Below are positions 9,878-20,744 of a stretch of 52,663 nucleotides of DNA, one piece after another; position 1 is the stretch's first letter, and each line of letters begins with the position of its first letter. Under the pieces are notes generated by a model. It was not told the origin of the DNA. It saw nothing but the letters and a program-made list of their open reading frames with translations, and searched no databases. Position numbers and translations under genes: made by a program. This DNA is from an uncultured Gammaproteobacteria bacterium (GTDB taxonomy: Bacteria > Pseudomonadota > Gammaproteobacteria > Poriferisulfidales > GCA-002705445), in the NCBI GenBank assembly GCA_913042035.1, contig CAJWIN010000003.1, positions 1-52,663 of the forward strand. The letters run 5' to 3'.

Positions 9878-10716
9878 TATTGGATTATAGCAGATAAAAA
9901 ATAACTAAATATTAGGAAAACTGGAGCAGCAGCTAATAGACCATCTACTCTATCCAAAATACCGCCATGACCTGGCAAGATATTTCCAGTATCTTTTTTT
10001 CCAGAACGCCTTTTTATTAAACTAATAAATAAATCACCAAATGCCGAAACTAAAACAGTAAAAAATGTCAAAAACATAACTTTAACTATGAAATTAAGAT
10101 CATAATTCTCAAACAAACAATATCCCAAGGCTGCAAGTAGGCAAATAATTAATGAGCCTATAAAACCTTCTTTAGTTTTATTAGGACTAATAACTTTAAA
10201 GAAAGGATTTTTACCGTACTTTTTTCCAATAAAAAAAGCAGAAATATCGCCTATTGCAACTATCGATATCAAATATATTAAAGCTTTATGAGAGTACAAA
10301 TAAATTGTATAAAGAGAGCAATAAAATGAGCTAATAACTAACAAAAATGTAAAAAAATAAAATATATTAAACATTTTTATTTGATCAATTATTTTTATAT
10401 TTGCCAAATAAAATATTATATATAACCAAAATAAAACAGAAGGGATAATCAAAAAAATCCAAGCACTATTTTTTATAAGAATATTTGAAATAAAGATAGA
10501 TATAAAAACTGTAGCAATAAAATAATAATGTTTCTTATTATTAGTTTCTTTTGTAGAGCTATAAAAACACATTTTAGAAATTTCAAAAGAAGATATAAAA
10601 ATTATTATATTTAAAAACATTCTTATTACAACGTCATTAGAATATAAAATAATTAAAATAATTAAAGGATATATCAATAATGCTGTTAAAGTTCTCTTCT
10701 GTAAATTATTTAACAT
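9877..10716 (-). CDS. cdsA: Phosphatidate cytidylyltransferase
   Basis: Multiple TM segments, SPNKTKEG, KRRSGKKDTGNILPGHGGILDRVD. Confidence 0.95.
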   Translation of the reverse strand: MLNNLQKRTLTALLIYPLIILIILYSNDVVIRMFLNIIIFISSFEISKMCFYSSTKETNNKKHYYFIATVFISIFISNILIKNSAWIFLIIPSVLFWLYIIFYLANIKIIDQIKMFNIFYFFTFLLVISSFYCSLYTIYLYSHKALIYLISIVAIGDISAFFIGKKYGKNPFFKVISPNKTKEGFIGSLIICLLAALGYCLFENYDLNFIVKVMFLTFFTVLVSAFGDLFISLIKRRSGKKDTGNILPGHGGILDRVDGLLAAAPVFLIFSYFLSAIIQ

Positions 10717-10719
10717 GCC

Positions 10720-11403
10720 TTATGACTTTCCAAACTTTCTATCAACAGAACTAAACCAATCCAAAGCTTTAAAAAAATTATTTTTACTAAAATTTGGCCA
10801 CAATATATCTGTAAAATAAAGCTCTGCATAAGACGATTGCCAAATAATAAAATTACTTATTCTTTTAAATCCGCCTGTTCTAATAAGTAAATCAACTTCT
10901 GGAAGATCTTTTGAATACATAAATTTTTCGAAATTAGGATTTTTATACCTCTCTTTTAATGCTTTATTTACAGCTTGTCTAATATCTTGCTTACCTCCAT
11001 AATTCAAAGCTACAAATAAATTTAAGCTGTTATTTTTTTTTGTCGTATTTTCCAAGAACTGCGTATTTTCTTTAATCTTTTTTGGAAGTTTGCTTAAATC
11101 TCCAATAAATCTAATTTTTATTTTATTCTCATATAAAAATTGCTTTTCCTCTGCAAACGAATAAAAAAAAATATCAAATAAGTTTTTTAATTCTAATCTT
11201 GATCTTGTTAAATTTTCGTTACTAAGAGCAAATAAAGTTAGGTTTTTTATATTTTTATCAACGGCACATTGAATTATTTTTTTGGCAGACTTAACTCCAG
11301 CTTTATGGCCTTCTTTTACATTTAAATTATTTTTTTTTGACCACGTCCTATTTCCATCCATTATTATTGCAACATGATTTGGAATATTTTTTGACAATTT
11401 CAT
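10720..11403 (-). CDS. uppS: Undecaprenyl diphosphate synthase
   Basis: HVAIIMDGNR, NYGGKQD, DLLIRTGG, RISNF, YAELYF. Confidence 0.96.
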   Translation of the reverse strand: MKLSKNIPNHVAIIMDGNRTWSKKNNLNVKEGHKAGVKSAKKIIQCAVDKNIKNLTLFALSNENLTRSRLELKNLFDIFFYSFAEEKQFLYENKIKIRFIGDLSKLPKKIKENTQFLENTTKKNNSLNLFVALNYGGKQDIRQAVNKALKERYKNPNFEKFMYSKDLPEVDLLIRTGGFKRISNFIIWQSSYAELYFTDILWPNFSKNNFFKALDWFSSVDRKFGKS

Positions 11404-11407
11404 AATT

Positions 11408-11965
11408 TTATACTTGAATTAAATCTGTCTCTTTATCTTTTAAAATATCTTCTACATTTGCTATATGCTGATCTGTAAGTTTTTGTATACTTTCATTCAT
11501 ATTTTTTTCATCGTCTTCTGAAATTTCTTTCTTTTTCACTAAATCTTTTGCTTTTGCATTTGCATCTCTTCTAATATTTCTTATTGCCACCCTAGTTTGT
11601 TCAGCTTCATTTTTAACAAGTTTTATATAATCCATTCTTCTTTCTTCAGTCAATGGAGGTAAAGGAATTCTTATGTTTGTTCCTGCTACTGCTGGATTTA
11701 GGCCTAAGTCTGAATTTAAAATTGCTGTTTCTACTTTACTAACCATATCCTTTTCCCAAACTACAAGTAATAATGTTCTAGCATCCTCAGCTTTTATACT
11801 TGAAACTTGTGATAAAGGACTTTCATTTCCATAGTAATCTACTTTAATATTATCTAAAATTGAAGGGTGAGCTCTTCCTGTTCTAATTTTTGCTAAATTA
11901 TTTTTAAAGGATTCGACTGATTTGGCCATTTTTTGTTCTGACTCTTTTTTTATATTCTCAAGCAT
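11408..11965 (-). CDS. frr: Ribosome recycling factor
   Basis: [32 protein letters not shown]. Confidence 0.98.
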   Translation of the reverse strand: MLENIKKESEQKMAKSVESFKNNLAKIRTGRAHPSILDNIKVDYYGNESPLSQVSSIKAEDARTLLLVVWEKDMVSKVETAILNSDLGLNPAVAGTNIRIPLPPLTEERRMDYIKLVKNEAEQTRVAIRNIRRDANAKAKDLVKKKEISEDDEKNMNESIQKLTDQHIANVEDILKDKETDLIQV

Positions 11966-11968
11966 AAC

Positions 11969-12667
11969 TTATTTTATTATAGTTCCTGTTTCTTCACCGT
12001 TAATAATGCTCATTAACGCACCCTTTTTCAACATATTAAATACTCTTAATGGTAAATTATTTTCTTTACATAAAACTACTGCAGTAGTATCCATAACTTC
12101 AAGTTCTTCACTCAAAACTTGATTATATGTTAATTTCTTATAAAACTTTGCATCATCATATTTTTTTGGGTCTTTGTTATAAACACCATCAACTTTTGTT
12201 GCTTTTAAGACCATGTCAGCATTTATCTCTATCGCTCTTAAGCTGGCAGCTGTGTCAGTAGTAAAAAAAGGATTACCTGTTCCAGCAGCGAAAATTACAA
12301 CACGGTTTTTTTCTAAATGCCTAATCGCTCTTCTTCTTATATAGTCTTCCGATATCTGATTTATTCTTACAGCTGACATTACTCTGCATTGCACGCCTAG
12401 TTTTTCTATTGCGTCTTGTAGCGCTAATGAGTTGATAACCGTCGCTAACATACCGATATTATCTCCAGTAACTCTATCTAAGCCTGCTTCTGCTAAGCCA
12501 GCTCCTCTAAATATATTGCCTCCCCCTACTACAACCGCTAACTGATTTTTGGTTTTACTAACTTCTACGATATTTTCAGAAATTTCGCTTACAATATCAG
12601 GGTCAATACCGTAATTATATTTACCAATAAGTGCTTCACCGCTTAATTTTAATAAATACCTTTTCAT
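11969..12667 (-). CDS. pyrH: UMP kinase
   Basis: [29 protein letters not shown]. Confidence 0.98.
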   Translation of the reverse strand: MKRYLLKLSGEALIGKYNYGIDPDIVSEISENIVEVSKTKNQLAVVVGGGNIFRGAGLAEAGLDRVTGDNIGMLATVINSLALQDAIEKLGVQCRVMSAVRINQISEDYIRRRAIRHLEKNRVVIFAAGTGNPFFTTDTAASLRAIEINADMVLKATKVDGVYNKDPKKYDDAKFYKKLTYNQVLSEELEVMDTTAVVLCKENNLPLRVFNMLKKGALMSIINGEETGTIIK

Positions 12668-12673
12668 AAAAAA

Positions 12674-13555
12674 CTATTTTTTTATTTGTGCCATAACTTC
12701 ATCTGCAAAATTTTCATCTTTCTTCTCAACTCCTTCTCCAACTTCGAATCTATAAAATGATAAAATTTGATTATCATTTTGTTCTAAAAGTTTACCAACT
12801 GAAATTTCGCTATCTTTAACAAACGGCTGTTCGATAAGTGTAACTTCTGAAACATACTTTTTTATTTTACCTTCAACCATTTTTTCTATTATTTCTTTTG
12901 GCTTCCCACTTTCTTGAGCCTGAGCCATATATATTTCTTTTTCTTTATTTAAGTCTTCTTTAGATATATCGTTAGGACTTAACGCTTTTGGTTTCATTGC
13001 AGCAATATGCATACAAATATCTTTTGCTAGATCTTCATTTTCTTTTTGCAGTAAAACAGCAACACCAATTTTAGTGCCGTGAATGTAATGACCAATATAC
13101 GACCCATCACTTTCTATATTTTGAATTCTTCTGATTTGAACATTTTCTCCTACTTTGCTAACTAATTCGAGTCTAACATCCTCAATAGTTTTTCCATTTA
13201 GATCTTTTGATTTATAAAATTTTTCTATATCTCCTTTGTAATTTTGTAGTGAGACATCTGAGATTTTTTTTACGAATTCTAGAAAATTTTTATCTTTTGC
13301 TACAAAATCTGTCTCGCAATTTATTTCTATTATGTTGGCTGTATTTTTATCATCGCTTAATGATAAAGCTATCACTCCCTCTGCAGCAATTCTAGACGAT
13401 TTCTTATCTGCTTTAGCTTGTCCAGCTTTTCTCATCTCTTCAACAGCTTTCTCCATGTCGCCCGAAGAATTTATAAGCGCTTTTTTGCACTCCATCATTC
13501 CTGCTCCAGTTCTGTCTCTTAATTCTTTTACCATTTGTGCATTTATATTACTCAT
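12674..13555 (-). CDS. tsf: Elongation factor Ts
   Basis: VKELRDRTGAGMMECKKAL, NCETDFVAK, RFEVGEG. Confidence 0.98.
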   Translation of the reverse strand: MSNINAQMVKELRDRTGAGMMECKKALINSSGDMEKAVEEMRKAGQAKADKKSSRIAAEGVIALSLSDDKNTANIIEINCETDFVAKDKNFLEFVKKISDVSLQNYKGDIEKFYKSKDLNGKTIEDVRLELVSKVGENVQIRRIQNIESDGSYIGHYIHGTKIGVAVLLQKENEDLAKDICMHIAAMKPKALSPNDISKEDLNKEKEIYMAQAQESGKPKEIIEKMVEGKIKKYVSEVTLIEQPFVKDSEISVGKLLEQNDNQILSFYRFEVGEGVEKKDENFADEVMAQIKK

Positions 13556-13606
13556 TTTTATCTCTCTAAAAAATTTATTTAAATAGTTAACATGTTTTAT
13601 TTACCG

Positions 13607-14482
13607 CTATTCAATGGAATCTTTTTCTATCACTTTTTTGGTAGCGACTTTTTTAGTAGCGACTTTTTTTGTGGCGACTTTTTTTGTGGCGACTTTTTTA
13701 GTAGCGACTTTTTTCTTTTTAACCACTACTTTTTCATCTGGCATATTTTTAGTACTTGAAGACATTATCTCTTCTTCAGTTATTTTAGGTTTTTGTGTTT
13801 TTAAGAATTCTTGGCCTTTTTTAACTGCCGCAGATATTTCAGTACAATATAAATTTATTGCCCTCATAGAATCATCATTGCCTGGAAAAAAGTAATCGAT
13901 ATTATCAAAGGAGTTATTTGTATCAACTACAGCAATTATTGGTATATTTAATTTCATAGCTTCTTTAACAGCTATATCTTCATATCCAACATCAATAATA
14001 AATAAAACATCAGGAATTGATTTCATGTCTTTGATACCGCCTAAACTATTATTTAATTTTTCTATTTCACGAGACTGAAGCAGCTGCTCTTTTTTAGTTA
14101 ATTCCTGGTTATCTTTTTCTGAATCTTCCTCTAACGATTTAAGTCTTTTGATTGACTGTCTAACAGTATTGAAGTTTGTCAACATCCCACCTAGCCATCT
14201 ATGATTTACATATGGCATATTACAATCTATGGCGGCCGTTGAAATACTATCTCTAGCGGCCCTTTTTGTTCCTACAAATAAAATCTTTCCCCCTTTAGAA
14301 GAAATTTTTTCAGCAAATGCGCATGCTTCTTTCATTAGAGGCACTGTCTGCTGAATATCAATTATGTGTATGTGATTTTTATTTCCATATATATACGGAG
14401 CCATTTTGGGATTCCAATAGCTTGTTTGATGGCCGAAGTGAACTCCCGCTTCTAATAAAGCAGGTATTGTTATATCTGTCAT
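13607..14482 (-). CDS. rpsB: 30S ribosomal protein S2 with Lys-rich C-terminal tail
   Basis: LLEAGVHFGH, WNPKM, RWLGGMLTN, GNDDS. I chose the ATG at 14482, which follows a GGAG Shine-Dalgarno, over the TTG at 14494 in the ORF track. Confidence 0.97.
   Translation of the reverse strand: MTDITIPALLEAGVHFGHQTSYWNPKMAPYIYGNKNHIHIIDIQQTVPLMKEACAFAEKISSKGGKILFVGTKRAARDSISTAAIDCNMPYVNHRWLGGMLTNFNTVRQSIKRLKSLEEDSEKDNQELTKKEQLLQSREIEKLNNSLGGIKDMKSIPDVLFIIDVGYEDIAVKEAMKLNIPIIAVVDTNNSFDNIDYFFPGNDDSMRAINLYCTEISAAVKKGQEFLKTQKPKITEEEIMSSSTKNMPDEKVVVKKKKVATKKVATKKVATKKVATKKVATKKVIEKDSIE
13640..13714 (-). repeat. 5 x 15-bp in-frame tandem repeat encoding (KKVAT)5 in rpsB
   Basis: Plus-strand units ggtagcgactttttt, agtagcgactttttt, tgtggcgactttttt (twice), agtagcgactttttt; they differ only at synonymous positions. 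Confidence 0.95.
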
Positions 14483-14585
14483 GTTTATCTCCAAGGGTTA
14501 ATTATCACCTGAAATAAGTTATATAGCTTATTCAAAAGCACCCAATATAACTCTTATTAATTCCAAGCTAGTTTTTAAAATACTG
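14483..14585 (-). ncRNA. rpsB 5' leader (S2 autoregulatory / t44-like element)
   Basis: On the minus strand, the stem AGUUAUAU...AUAUAACU encloses GGGU (14543-14540). A complementary AACCC (14499-14495) lies just before the SD. This is the GGGU/ACCC pairing known from gammaproteobacterial rpsB leaders. Confidence 0.6.
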
Positions 14586-14591
14586 AGTAAG

Positions 14592-14620
14592 TTTATATCA
14601 TAGACTTACTCTTGCAACAA
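14592..14620 (-). promoter_or_regulatory. Putative rpsB-tsf promoter with extended -10
   Basis: TTGTTG-17 bp-TATAAA with a TG-N extension (TGATATAAA); resembles the extended -10 of E. coli rpsB. Confidence 0.55.
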
Positions 14621-14630
14621 TCGGTATAAT
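14601..14630 (+). promoter_or_regulatory. Putative sigma70 promoter of map-glnD-dapD-dapE
   Basis: TAGACT-18 bp-TATAAT, 33 bp upstream of the map ATG. Confidence 0.5.
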
Positions 14631-14663
14631 AATGGTTAATTATACCTTAAACAACCATATATT

Positions 14664-15422
14664 ATGATAAAAAATTCCACAGAAATCGAAAAAATGAGAG
14701 TTGCTGGAAATTTAGCATCAAAAGTCCTTCTAATGATAGAAGAATATGTGAAACCAGGCATATCTACTGAGGAGTTAGATAGCATTTGTCATAATTTCAT
14801 TATAAATGATCTTGACTGTATCCCTGCGCCATTAAATTACAGAGGATTTCCAAAGTCAATTTGCACATCAATTAACCATCAGGTTTGTCATGGTATTCCT
14901 GACAAGAGGATTTTAAAAAAACAAGATATCGTAAATATTGATATTACTGTTATTAAAGATGGTTATCATGGCGATACAAGTAAAATGTTCTATGTTGGTA
15001 AACCCTCAATACAAGCAAAGAGACTTGTAGAATTAACATATGATGCTCTAAAAATAGGCATTAGAACTGTTAAACCAGGGGCGACTATTGGAGACATTGG
15101 TCATAATATTCAGCATTTTGCTGAAAAAAATCATTGTTCAGTAGTTCGTGAATATTGTGGCCATGGCATTGGTAAAGAGTTCCATGAAGAACCTCAAATA
15201 TTACATTATGGAAAAGAGGGAGAGGGAATTAAATTAAAAGAAGGAATGACGTTTACAATTGAACCAATGATAAATTTTGGTAAAAAAGAGGTAAAGCTTT
15301 TGCCTGATAATTGGACAGTGGTTACTAAAGACCATAGCTTGTCAGCACAATGGGAACATACAATTCTTGTAACAAAAAATGGTTATGAAGTATTAACTAT
15401 GAGACCTGAAGAAAACATATAA
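14664..15422 (+). CDS. map: Type I methionine aminopeptidase
   Basis: SICTSINHQVCHGIP, NIDITV, HGDTS, YCGHGIG, FTIEPMIN, SAQWEHT. Confidence 0.98.
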   Translation: MIKNSTEIEKMRVAGNLASKVLLMIEEYVKPGISTEELDSICHNFIINDLDCIPAPLNYRGFPKSICTSINHQVCHGIPDKRILKKQDIVNIDITVIKDGYHGDTSKMFYVGKPSIQAKRLVELTYDALKIGIRTVKPGATIGDIGHNIQHFAEKNHCSVVREYCGHGIGKEFHEEPQILHYGKEGEGIKLKEGMTFTIEPMINFGKKEVKLLPDNWTVVTKDHSLSAQWEHTILVTKNGYEVLTMRPEENI

Positions 15423-18010
15423 TGTCAAAAAAAAAATTTATAAATCATTTTTCTTTTTCAAAAAATAAAAAAAATATAATTAATGACTATATTTATGCTG
15501 AGTATAAGAAAAATACAAGTGTAAAAAAATTATTAAAATATAAATCTAGCTTAGTCGACAGTTTAATTAAAAATTTTTGGAAGAACAATAATCTTCACTC
15601 AAGAAAAATCTGCTTGATTGCTGTTGGTGGATACGGAAGATCAGAATTATACCCGTTTTCTGATATAGATATATTAATTCTTATTGAGAATTATAACGAT
15701 GATCTAATGATCAAAAATATAGAAAATTTAATAGCTGACATATGGCATCTTAAAAACTCGGTTGGCCATGCTGTTAGAACTATAGATGAATGTATTACTA
15801 AAATTAACCAAGACTCTACAATATATACAAATTTATTAGATAGAAGATTAATAGTTGGGGATAAAAATTTATATAAAAAACTCCATATAAATATTGAAGA
15901 TAGGCACGTATGGTCCAAAAGGAAATTTTTTTTAGCAAAAAAACTTGAGCAAGAAAATAGATATAAAAAATACTCAAATACTGGCTACCTTTTAGAGCCA
16001 AACATTAAAGAAGGTCCGGGCGGCTTCAGAGATTTACAAACATTAATGTGGATTGCAAAAAGAAATTTTAAGGTAAATTCTTTATCTGCTTTATATAATC
16101 TAAGTATTATTTCTAAAAAAGAATATTTGTCATTATTGCGTTCTGAAAGATTTCTATCAAAAACAAGATTTTTGCTCCATTATATTCATGATAAATCAGA
16201 AGAAAGACTTTATTTTGCAAGTCAAAAAAGCCTTGCTGAATTATTTGGTTATAACTGTAAAACAAATGAAGGTGTCGAGAAATTTATGCAAATCTTTTAT
16301 AAGCATATTACAAATATTAAACAGCTAAACGAAATATTACTTAAATATATTGAGCATCAGGAAAAGAATTTTATCGAAGATGATGGTAAAAATATTGGAA
16401 AATATTTTTGTATAAAAAATAATTCAATAAGCGTAAAAAATAAAGATGTATTTGTTAAAGATCCAAGTAAAATCTTTGAAATATTTTTACTCAAGGATGA
16501 AAATGATAATTTGTATGATATTTCAGCTAACACAATAAGGTTTATTAGAGAAAGCTTAACTTTAATTGATAATAATTTCAGGAATAATATAAAAAATAAA
16601 GAACTATTTATTAGTATTTTTTATCAAAAAAAAGGGGTTATTAAATCCTTAAGAAAAATGAACGATTATGGTGTTTTGGCAGCCTATTTAAAACCATTTG
16701 GTAAAATTGTAGGTATGATGCAATTTGATTTATTTCATATTTATACTGTAGATGAACACACATTATCTGTAGTATCCAATACTAGGTTTATGAGCACTAA
16801 TGATTGCAAAGATAAATATAGTTTTGTTTATGAAATTTTCAAAAAACTTTCATCCCCAGAAATCCTATACCTTGGAGCATTATTTCATGATATAGGCAAA
16901 GGAAATAAAAAAGACCATTCTAAAGTTGGCGCAATAGAATCTTTAAAATTTTGTGAATCTCATGGTATGAATAAGCATCAGTCCGAGATGGTGTGCTGGT
17001 TGGTAGAAAATCATTTATTAATGTCTTTAACAACACAAAAGAAAGACATTAACGACGATGAGATTATTAAAGATTTTGCAGATATTGTTAAAACTCAAGA
17101 GAGATTAGATTATTTATATTTGCTAACAATAGCTGATATTCGAGGAACAAATCCAGACTTATATACTGACTGGAAGGATTCTCTACTTAAAAAGTTATAC
17201 CTATCTTCTAAAGCATACTTTCGAAAAAATACATTTGATAATAAAAAACCAGATAGGTACCTCAAAAATTTAAAAAAGACAGTTGAAGATATGCTTGATA
17301 AAAAAATTAATAAAAATGATTTTGAAAAAACTTGGGCTTTGATGAATACCGATTACTTGAGAAGACATAGTGATGATGAAATCGCATGGCATATGGAATT
17401 AATATATAAAAATGCTCCTAATAATGCCTTATCAATAAGAAATAGTGAAATTAAAGGTTGTACAGAACTAACTATCTTCCAAAATATTAGAAAAAATATA
17501 TTTTCATATATAGCTAATATGATTGATAACTTAAATATAAACATAGTGGATGCACGAATTATAACTTTAAATAACAATCAAGCCTTAGACACATACTTGC
17601 TTTTAAGCGAAGAAGGAAAATTTATTAAGGATAAATATACTTTAAATTTTTTAAAGGATAAAATTAATACTGTTCTTCAAGATTCACAATATAAAGTTAG
17701 TAAAGTTACAAAGAGGCAGACCCGAAATGTCGCTAGTTTCAAAAAATTTATTAATGTTAATATCGTAAGAAAATCAAACAATTTTTTATTAGAAGTTAGT
17801 GCGCTTGATCATCCTGGCCTCTTATCAAAAATATGTGAATCAATGGATAGTTGTAATCTAATGGTAAAAGATGCGAAAATAGCGACTTTAGGAGAGGAAG
17901 CTAATGATATTTTTCTAGTGGTTCCTGCTAATAATGAAATTTATTTAGATACTGATATTGATATGATTAAGCATAATATTGAGCAAAAAATTTCAGAGTT
18001 ATATAATTAA
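15422..18010 (+). CDS. glnD: [Protein-PII] uridylyltransferase/uridylyl-removing enzyme
   Basis: [17 protein letters not shown] (NT domain), [29 protein letters not shown] (HD domain), two C-terminal ACT domains. Confidence 0.96.
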   Translation: MSKKKFINHFSFSKNKKNIINDYIYAEYKKNTSVKKLLKYKSSLVDSLIKNFWKNNNLHSRKICLIAVGGYGRSELYPFSDIDILILIENYNDDLMIKNIENLIADIWHLKNSVGHAVRTIDECITKINQDSTIYTNLLDRRLIVGDKNLYKKLHINIEDRHVWSKRKFFLAKKLEQENRYKKYSNTGYLLEPNIKEGPGGFRDLQTLMWIAKRNFKVNSLSALYNLSIISKKEYLSLLRSERFLSKTRFLLHYIHDKSEERLYFASQKSLAELFGYNCKTNEGVEKFMQIFYKHITNIKQLNEILLKYIEHQEKNFIEDDGKNIGKYFCIKNNSISVKNKDVFVKDPSKIFEIFLLKDENDNLYDISANTIRFIRESLTLIDNNFRNNIKNKELFISIFYQKKGVIKSLRKMNDYGVLAAYLKPFGKIVGMMQFDLFHIYTVDEHTLSVVSNTRFMSTNDCKDKYSFVYEIFKKLSSPEILYLGALFHDIGKGNKKDHSKVGAIESLKFCESHGMNKHQSEMVCWLVENHLLMSLTTQKKDINDDEIIKDFADIVKTQERLDYLYLLTIADIRGTNPDLYTDWKDSLLKKLYLSSKAYFRKNTFDNKKPDRYLKNLKKTVEDMLDKKINKNDFEKTWALMNTDYLRRHSDDEIAWHMELIYKNAPNNALSIRNSEIKGCTELTIFQNIRKNIFSYIANMIDNLNINIVDARIITLNNNQALDTYLLLSEEGKFIKDKYTLNFLKDKINTVLQDSQYKVSKVTKRQTRNVASFKKFINVNIVRKSNNFLLEVSALDHPGLLSKICESMDSCNLMVKDAKIATLGEEANDIFLVVPANNEIYLDTDIDMIKHNIEQKISELYN

Positions 18011-18024
18011 TTAAGAGGGTTAAA

Positions 18025-18843
18025 ATGATAAAAGAAATAATTGATGCCGGCTACGATGATTTATCTAAATCCATAGATATTTCAAAAAATACTGAGTTAG
18101 TTAATGCAGTTAATAATACTTTAAAAGAGCTTAATGAAGGAAAAATTAGAGTTGCTGAAAAAATTAATTCTGAGTGGATTGTTAATGATTGGATAAAGAA
18201 AGCTATATTAATTTATTTTAGCTTTTCAAAAAATTCTGTTGTAAAAGGCGCTGAATCAGACTTTTATGATAAAGTTCCTCTTAAATATACAAATTTAACT
18301 GAGAAAGAGGCTTTAGAAAATAAAGTTAGAATTGTTCCGAGCGCAACAGCTAGATATGGATCTTATCAAGCTCCTGGTGTAATACTAATGCCATCATATG
18401 TAAACATTGGGGCCTATGTTGATCAATATACGATGGTAGATACTTGGGTAACCGTTGGATCTTGCGCTCAAATCGGTAAAAATGTTCACTTGTCTGGAGG
18501 TGTTGGGATTGGTGGAGTTCTAGAACCACTTCAAGCCACCCCAACTATAATCGAAGACAATTGCTTTATAGGAGCAAGATCTGAGATTGTTGAAGGAGTC
18601 ATAGTTGAGAAAGGCTCGGTAATATCCATGGGGGTATACATAGGTAAAAGTACAAGAATATATGATAGAAGTACCGGAGAAATTTCTTACGGATTAATAC
18701 CTGCTGGTTCTGTTGTTGTTTCAGGTAATCTTCCATCAAAAGATGGAAAGTACAGTATGTATGCGGCAATAATTGTAAAAAAAGTTGATGAAAAAACTCT
18801 TTCTAAAGTAGGTATTAATAACATTTTAAGGGATCTAGATTAA
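18025..18843 (+). CDS. dapD: Tetrahydrodipicolinate N-succinyltransferase
   Basis: [40 protein letters not shown]. Confidence 0.98.
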   Translation: MIKEIIDAGYDDLSKSIDISKNTELVNAVNNTLKELNEGKIRVAEKINSEWIVNDWIKKAILIYFSFSKNSVVKGAESDFYDKVPLKYTNLTEKEALENKVRIVPSATARYGSYQAPGVILMPSYVNIGAYVDQYTMVDTWVTVGSCAQIGKNVHLSGGVGIGGVLEPLQATPTIIEDNCFIGARSEIVEGVIVEKGSVISMGVYIGKSTRIYDRSTGEISYGLIPAGSVVVSGNLPSKDGKYSMYAAIIVKKVDEKTLSKVGINNILRDLD

Positions 18844-19979
18844 TGGCTAATATTTCTAATGTTGAAACTATCGCTAAAAAGTTAATAGAAAAAAAATCTG
18901 TAACTCCTAATGATGATGGTTGTCAAGAATATATAAAGGATGAATTATCAGACTATGGATTTAAACATGAAAATATTAATTTAGAAGACGTAAAAAATAT
19001 CTGGCTCAGAAAAGGTTTTGATAGTCCATTACTAGTTTTTGCAGGCCATACAGATGTTGTGCCTCCTGGAAATATAGATGAGTGGGAAACAAAACCGTTT
19101 GAACCTAAAGTAAAAAATAATATTTTATATGGTAGAGGTGCATCCGATATGAAATCAAGTATTTCTGCGATGATTTCTGCAGCACAAAAGTTTGTTGAAA
19201 ATAATCCTAATCACAAAGGTTCTATAGGTTTTTTGTTAACTAGCGATGAGGAAGGTCCTGCAAAGTATGGCACCCAAAAAGTTATAGAAAAATTTAAAAA
19301 AGATAATATAGAAATTGATTACTGTATTGTAGGCGAACCGACAAGTAGTGAAAAATTTGGTGATACCATAAAAAATGGTAGGAGAGGATCTTTGACAGGA
19401 CACTTAAAAATCATAGGTATTCAAGGTCATATTGCATATCCAGAACTAGCTAAAAATCCTATTCATATTGCTGGCTCATTAATAAATGAATTAAATGATT
19501 ATAAATGGGATGATGGAAATAAATATTTCCCTAAGACTTCTTTTCAAATATCTTCTGTTAAATCTGATGAAGTAGCATCAAATATGATACCCAGATCAAT
19601 TGATATTGTTTTCAATTTAAGATTTTCTAGTGAATTAACGCAAGATGACATAAAAAATAATTTTAAAAATATAATTTCAAATTTTGACTGTGAATACGAA
19701 GTTGATTGGAATTGCTCTGCAGAGCCTTTTATTACCAGCGAAGGATATCTAACAAAAGTTCTCCAAGAGGCAATAAAAGAAACTGTGAATATCGATTCAA
19801 ATTTATCTACAACTGGAGGCACGTCAGATGCAAGATTTATTTCGCAACACGCAAAAGAAACTGTTGAGTTTGGACCTTTAAATAAGACAGCTCATAAAAT
19901 CAATGAGAATATTGATTTACATAATTTAATTGATTTAGAAAAGATATACTATGCAGTTTTAAGTAAAATTTTATTATAA
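18843..19979 (+). CDS. dapE: Succinyl-diaminopimelate desuccinylase
   Basis: FAGHTDVVP, GRGASDMK, TSDEEG, GEPT, GRRGSL, QGHIAYP, GGTSDARF. Confidence 0.97.
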   Translation: MANISNVETIAKKLIEKKSVTPNDDGCQEYIKDELSDYGFKHENINLEDVKNIWLRKGFDSPLLVFAGHTDVVPPGNIDEWETKPFEPKVKNNILYGRGASDMKSSISAMISAAQKFVENNPNHKGSIGFLLTSDEEGPAKYGTQKVIEKFKKDNIEIDYCIVGEPTSSEKFGDTIKNGRRGSLTGHLKIIGIQGHIAYPELAKNPIHIAGSLINELNDYKWDDGNKYFPKTSFQISSVKSDEVASNMIPRSIDIVFNLRFSSELTQDDIKNNFKNIISNFDCEYEVDWNCSAEPFITSEGYLTKVLQEAIKETVNIDSNLSTTGGTSDARFISQHAKETVEFGPLNKTAHKINENIDLHNLIDLEKIYYAVLSKILL

Positions 19980-20744
19980 ATTTTTTTCACACAATGAGCT
20001 AAACTCTTTCCAATGCTCTTTATCAGATTTATCTAGAAAACTAAATATTTCCTCTAATAATTTTTCATATTCATCTGAAGTAATACTATTTGAAATTAAT
20101 TGGTACCTTAAAAAAACAAAATATGTATTAAGTACATCTGTTTCACAATAGTCTCTTATTTTCTTAATTTCATTTGCTAAATAATAGTCAGTGACTTTAC
20201 TACCGTCAATACCGTATTTTCCTGGTGCTCCTATAAGTTGCGCAATATCTGTCAGAGATGCTGGTTTTTTAAAACCTGAAATAACATCCATCAAATCTAA
20301 ATGCCTATCATGATATCTATTTAAATAATTATTCCATTTAAACTCTCTGTCGTCATCTCCTTTGTCCCAATATTTAATTGATGAAATTCCATGGATTAGT
20401 GCACGATAATGAATAACTGGTGAATCAAAACCCTTTCCATTCCAACTTACAAGCTGTGGCTGATATTTATCTATAGCTGAAAAAAATAACTTTAAAAGAT
20501 CGCTTTCTTTTGACTCTTCATCTCCTAGTGACAGTAAAGATAATTTTTCGTTATTTTTATATAAAACTGAAATAGCAACTATTTTATGAAGATGCAAAGG
20601 CTGAAACATAGTTCCATTTTTTTGAAATTGAGTATGCTCCATTGCTTTAATGATATCTTTTTCACTCAAATCTTTTAAGTCTAAAAGTTTAGCTCCACCA
20701 GAAGTATCTGGAACTGTTTCAATGTCAAAAATTAAGGCATTCAT
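19974..20744 (-). CDS. Predicted 3'-5' exonuclease, PolB-exo-like (DEDD)
   Basis: FDIETVPD, LVSWNGKGFD, HLDLMD, IRDYCETDV; a typical neighbour of cysM. Confidence 0.9.
   Translation of the reverse strand: MNALIFDIETVPDTSGGAKLLDLKDLSEKDIIKAMEHTQFQKNGTMFQPLHLHKIVAISVLYKNNEKLSLLSLGDEESKESDLLKLFFSAIDKYQPQLVSWNGKGFDSPVIHYRALIHGISSIKYWDKGDDDREFKWNNYLNRYHDRHLDLMDVISGFKKPASLTDIAQLIGAPGKYGIDGSKVTDYYLANEIKKIRDYCETDVLNTYFVFLRYQLISNSITSDEYEKLLEEIFSFLDKSDKEHWKEFSSLCEKNL

Noticed and set aside
13640-13714. Tandem repeat as a possible CRISPR array
   Set aside because: The units are contiguous 15-mers without spacers and lie in frame within rpsB.
19974-19979. Convergent dapE and exonuclease stops sharing TTATAA as a special element
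   Set aside because: This is ordinary gene compaction in an AT-rich genome.
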